Source of the DNA: an uncultured Bacillota bacterium
Lineage (GTDB): Bacteria; Bacillota; DTU025; MWDF01
DNA length: 64,000 nucleotides
Assembly: GCA_963823655.1 (NCBI GenBank)
Contig: CAWGMK010000004.1
Span: 87,550-151,549, forward strand
Direction: 5' to 3'
Shown here: piece by piece, positions 63,350 through 64,000 of the stretch
Numbering within the stretch: the first letter of the stretch is position 1
Layout of the letters: every line of letters starts with the position of its first letter
Notes under the pieces: generated by a model
Told to the model about the DNA's origin: nothing
Database searches by the model: none
What the model saw: the letters and a program-made list of their open reading frames with translations, nothing else
Position numbers and translations under genes: made by a program

Positions 63350-63997
63350 ATGTCCCACCTGCTTAAAACCGAACAAGATATAGACGACCAGCTCAACATT
63401 CACCCGCGCCAGGTATCCAGGGCGCAGTTCAAAAAATTCGAGGGCTACATGGCGGAGATCTTCTCGGCCTTCGGCATGGATATCGAAACCCCCTCCACCC
63501 ACGAAACCCCGCACCGCTTTGTGCGCGCGCTGTACGAAGCCACCGAGGGCTACGACGGCGACCCCAAGGTGATCAAGGCTTTTGAAACCGAGTGCCGCGG
63601 CGACCCGGACTGCCGTATCAGCCAGGTGGTGGAAGGGCCCATCAACTTCTACTCGCTGTGCGAGCACCACGTCTTCCCGTTCTTCGGGCAGGCCTACGTG
63701 GGCTACATCGCCAACGACCGCATCATCGGCATCTCCAAGCTGACGCGCCTGGTGCGGGTGTACGCCAAGCGCTTCGCCGTGCAGGAGCGCATCGGGTTCG
63801 AGATCGCCGACGCGCTGGAAACGATCCTGCATCCCAACGGCGTGGCGGTCTACCTGGAGGCGCGCCACATGTGCATGGAAATGCGCGGCGTGCGTGAAAC
63901 CGCCCCCATGACGCGCACCACCGTCTGGCGCGGCAACTACGCCGAGGATTCCACGCTGCGCTCTGAATTCTTCACGGCGTGCGGGCTGCAAAGATAG
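63350..63997 (+). CDS. folE: GTP cyclohydrolase I
   Basis: ETP.R, SLCEHH.FPF.G, IGISKL.R, QER, A.HMCMEMRG. Confidence 0.93.
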   Translation: MSHLLKTEQDIDDQLNIHPRQVSRAQFKKFEGYMAEIFSAFGMDIETPSTHETPHRFVRALYEATEGYDGDPKVIKAFETECRGDPDCRISQVVEGPINFYSLCEHHVFPFFGQAYVGYIANDRIIGISKLTRLVRVYAKRFAVQERIGFEIADALETILHPNGVAVYLEARHMCMEMRGVRETAPMTRTTVWRGNYAEDSTLRSEFFTACGLQR

Positions 63998-64000
63998 CTT

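Noticed and set aside
1-64000. Many split genes as pseudogenes or programmed frameshifts (tldD, ABC exporters, fhs, maturase, kinase)
   Set aside because: Indels are scattered across unrelated genes, often at homopolymers, and are densest near the junction. This fits long-read consensus error.

Overview
The window appears to join two unrelated bacterial genomes at ~47,770. Both flanking genes lose their 5' ends there, codon style changes abruptly and error density peaks. The consensus is indel-rich, so many split ORFs are probably long-read errors rather than pseudogenes. Left part (1-47,770; Bacillota-like by RBS and codon style): gltX, nitroreductase, HAD hydrolase, MFS exporter, tldD/tldE, two MarR + heterodimeric ABC exporter modules, a degenerate serine-recombinase domain, SDRs and a three-member lipoprotein family. 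It continues into an AT-richer catabolic region (~23.8-43.9 kb): DUF1537 kinase, M20 hydrolase, three cyclase-family genes, split transketolase, sugar ABC, TAXI-TRAP, threonine-synthase-like enzyme, enolase-superfamily enzyme, RidA, FadR, HpcH aldolase and an IS3 remnant. That region ends at a tRNA-Leu 3' fragment with arm-type repeats on both sides, followed by fhs and an amidohydrolase. Right part (47,770-64,000; GC-rich, Anaerolineae-like by inference): multiheme cytochrome fragment, M24 peptidase, corrinoid protein / Hcy methyltransferase / ATP-dependent corrinoid activator operon, anaerobic sulfatase maturase, FGGY kinase, pxpB, PadR and folE, with many 9-bp and 7-bp periodic intergenic inverted repeats. 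Most notable: (1) two diverged tandem cyclase paralogues share the same in-frame TAA, yet their 54 downstream codons differ almost only synonymously and carry predicted catalytic residues; (2) a nested triple inverted-repeat element at 49.6-50.0 kb belonging to a dispersed periodic repeat family; (3) an attP-like tRNA-Leu junction. No CRISPR array, rRNA or complete tRNA was seen.
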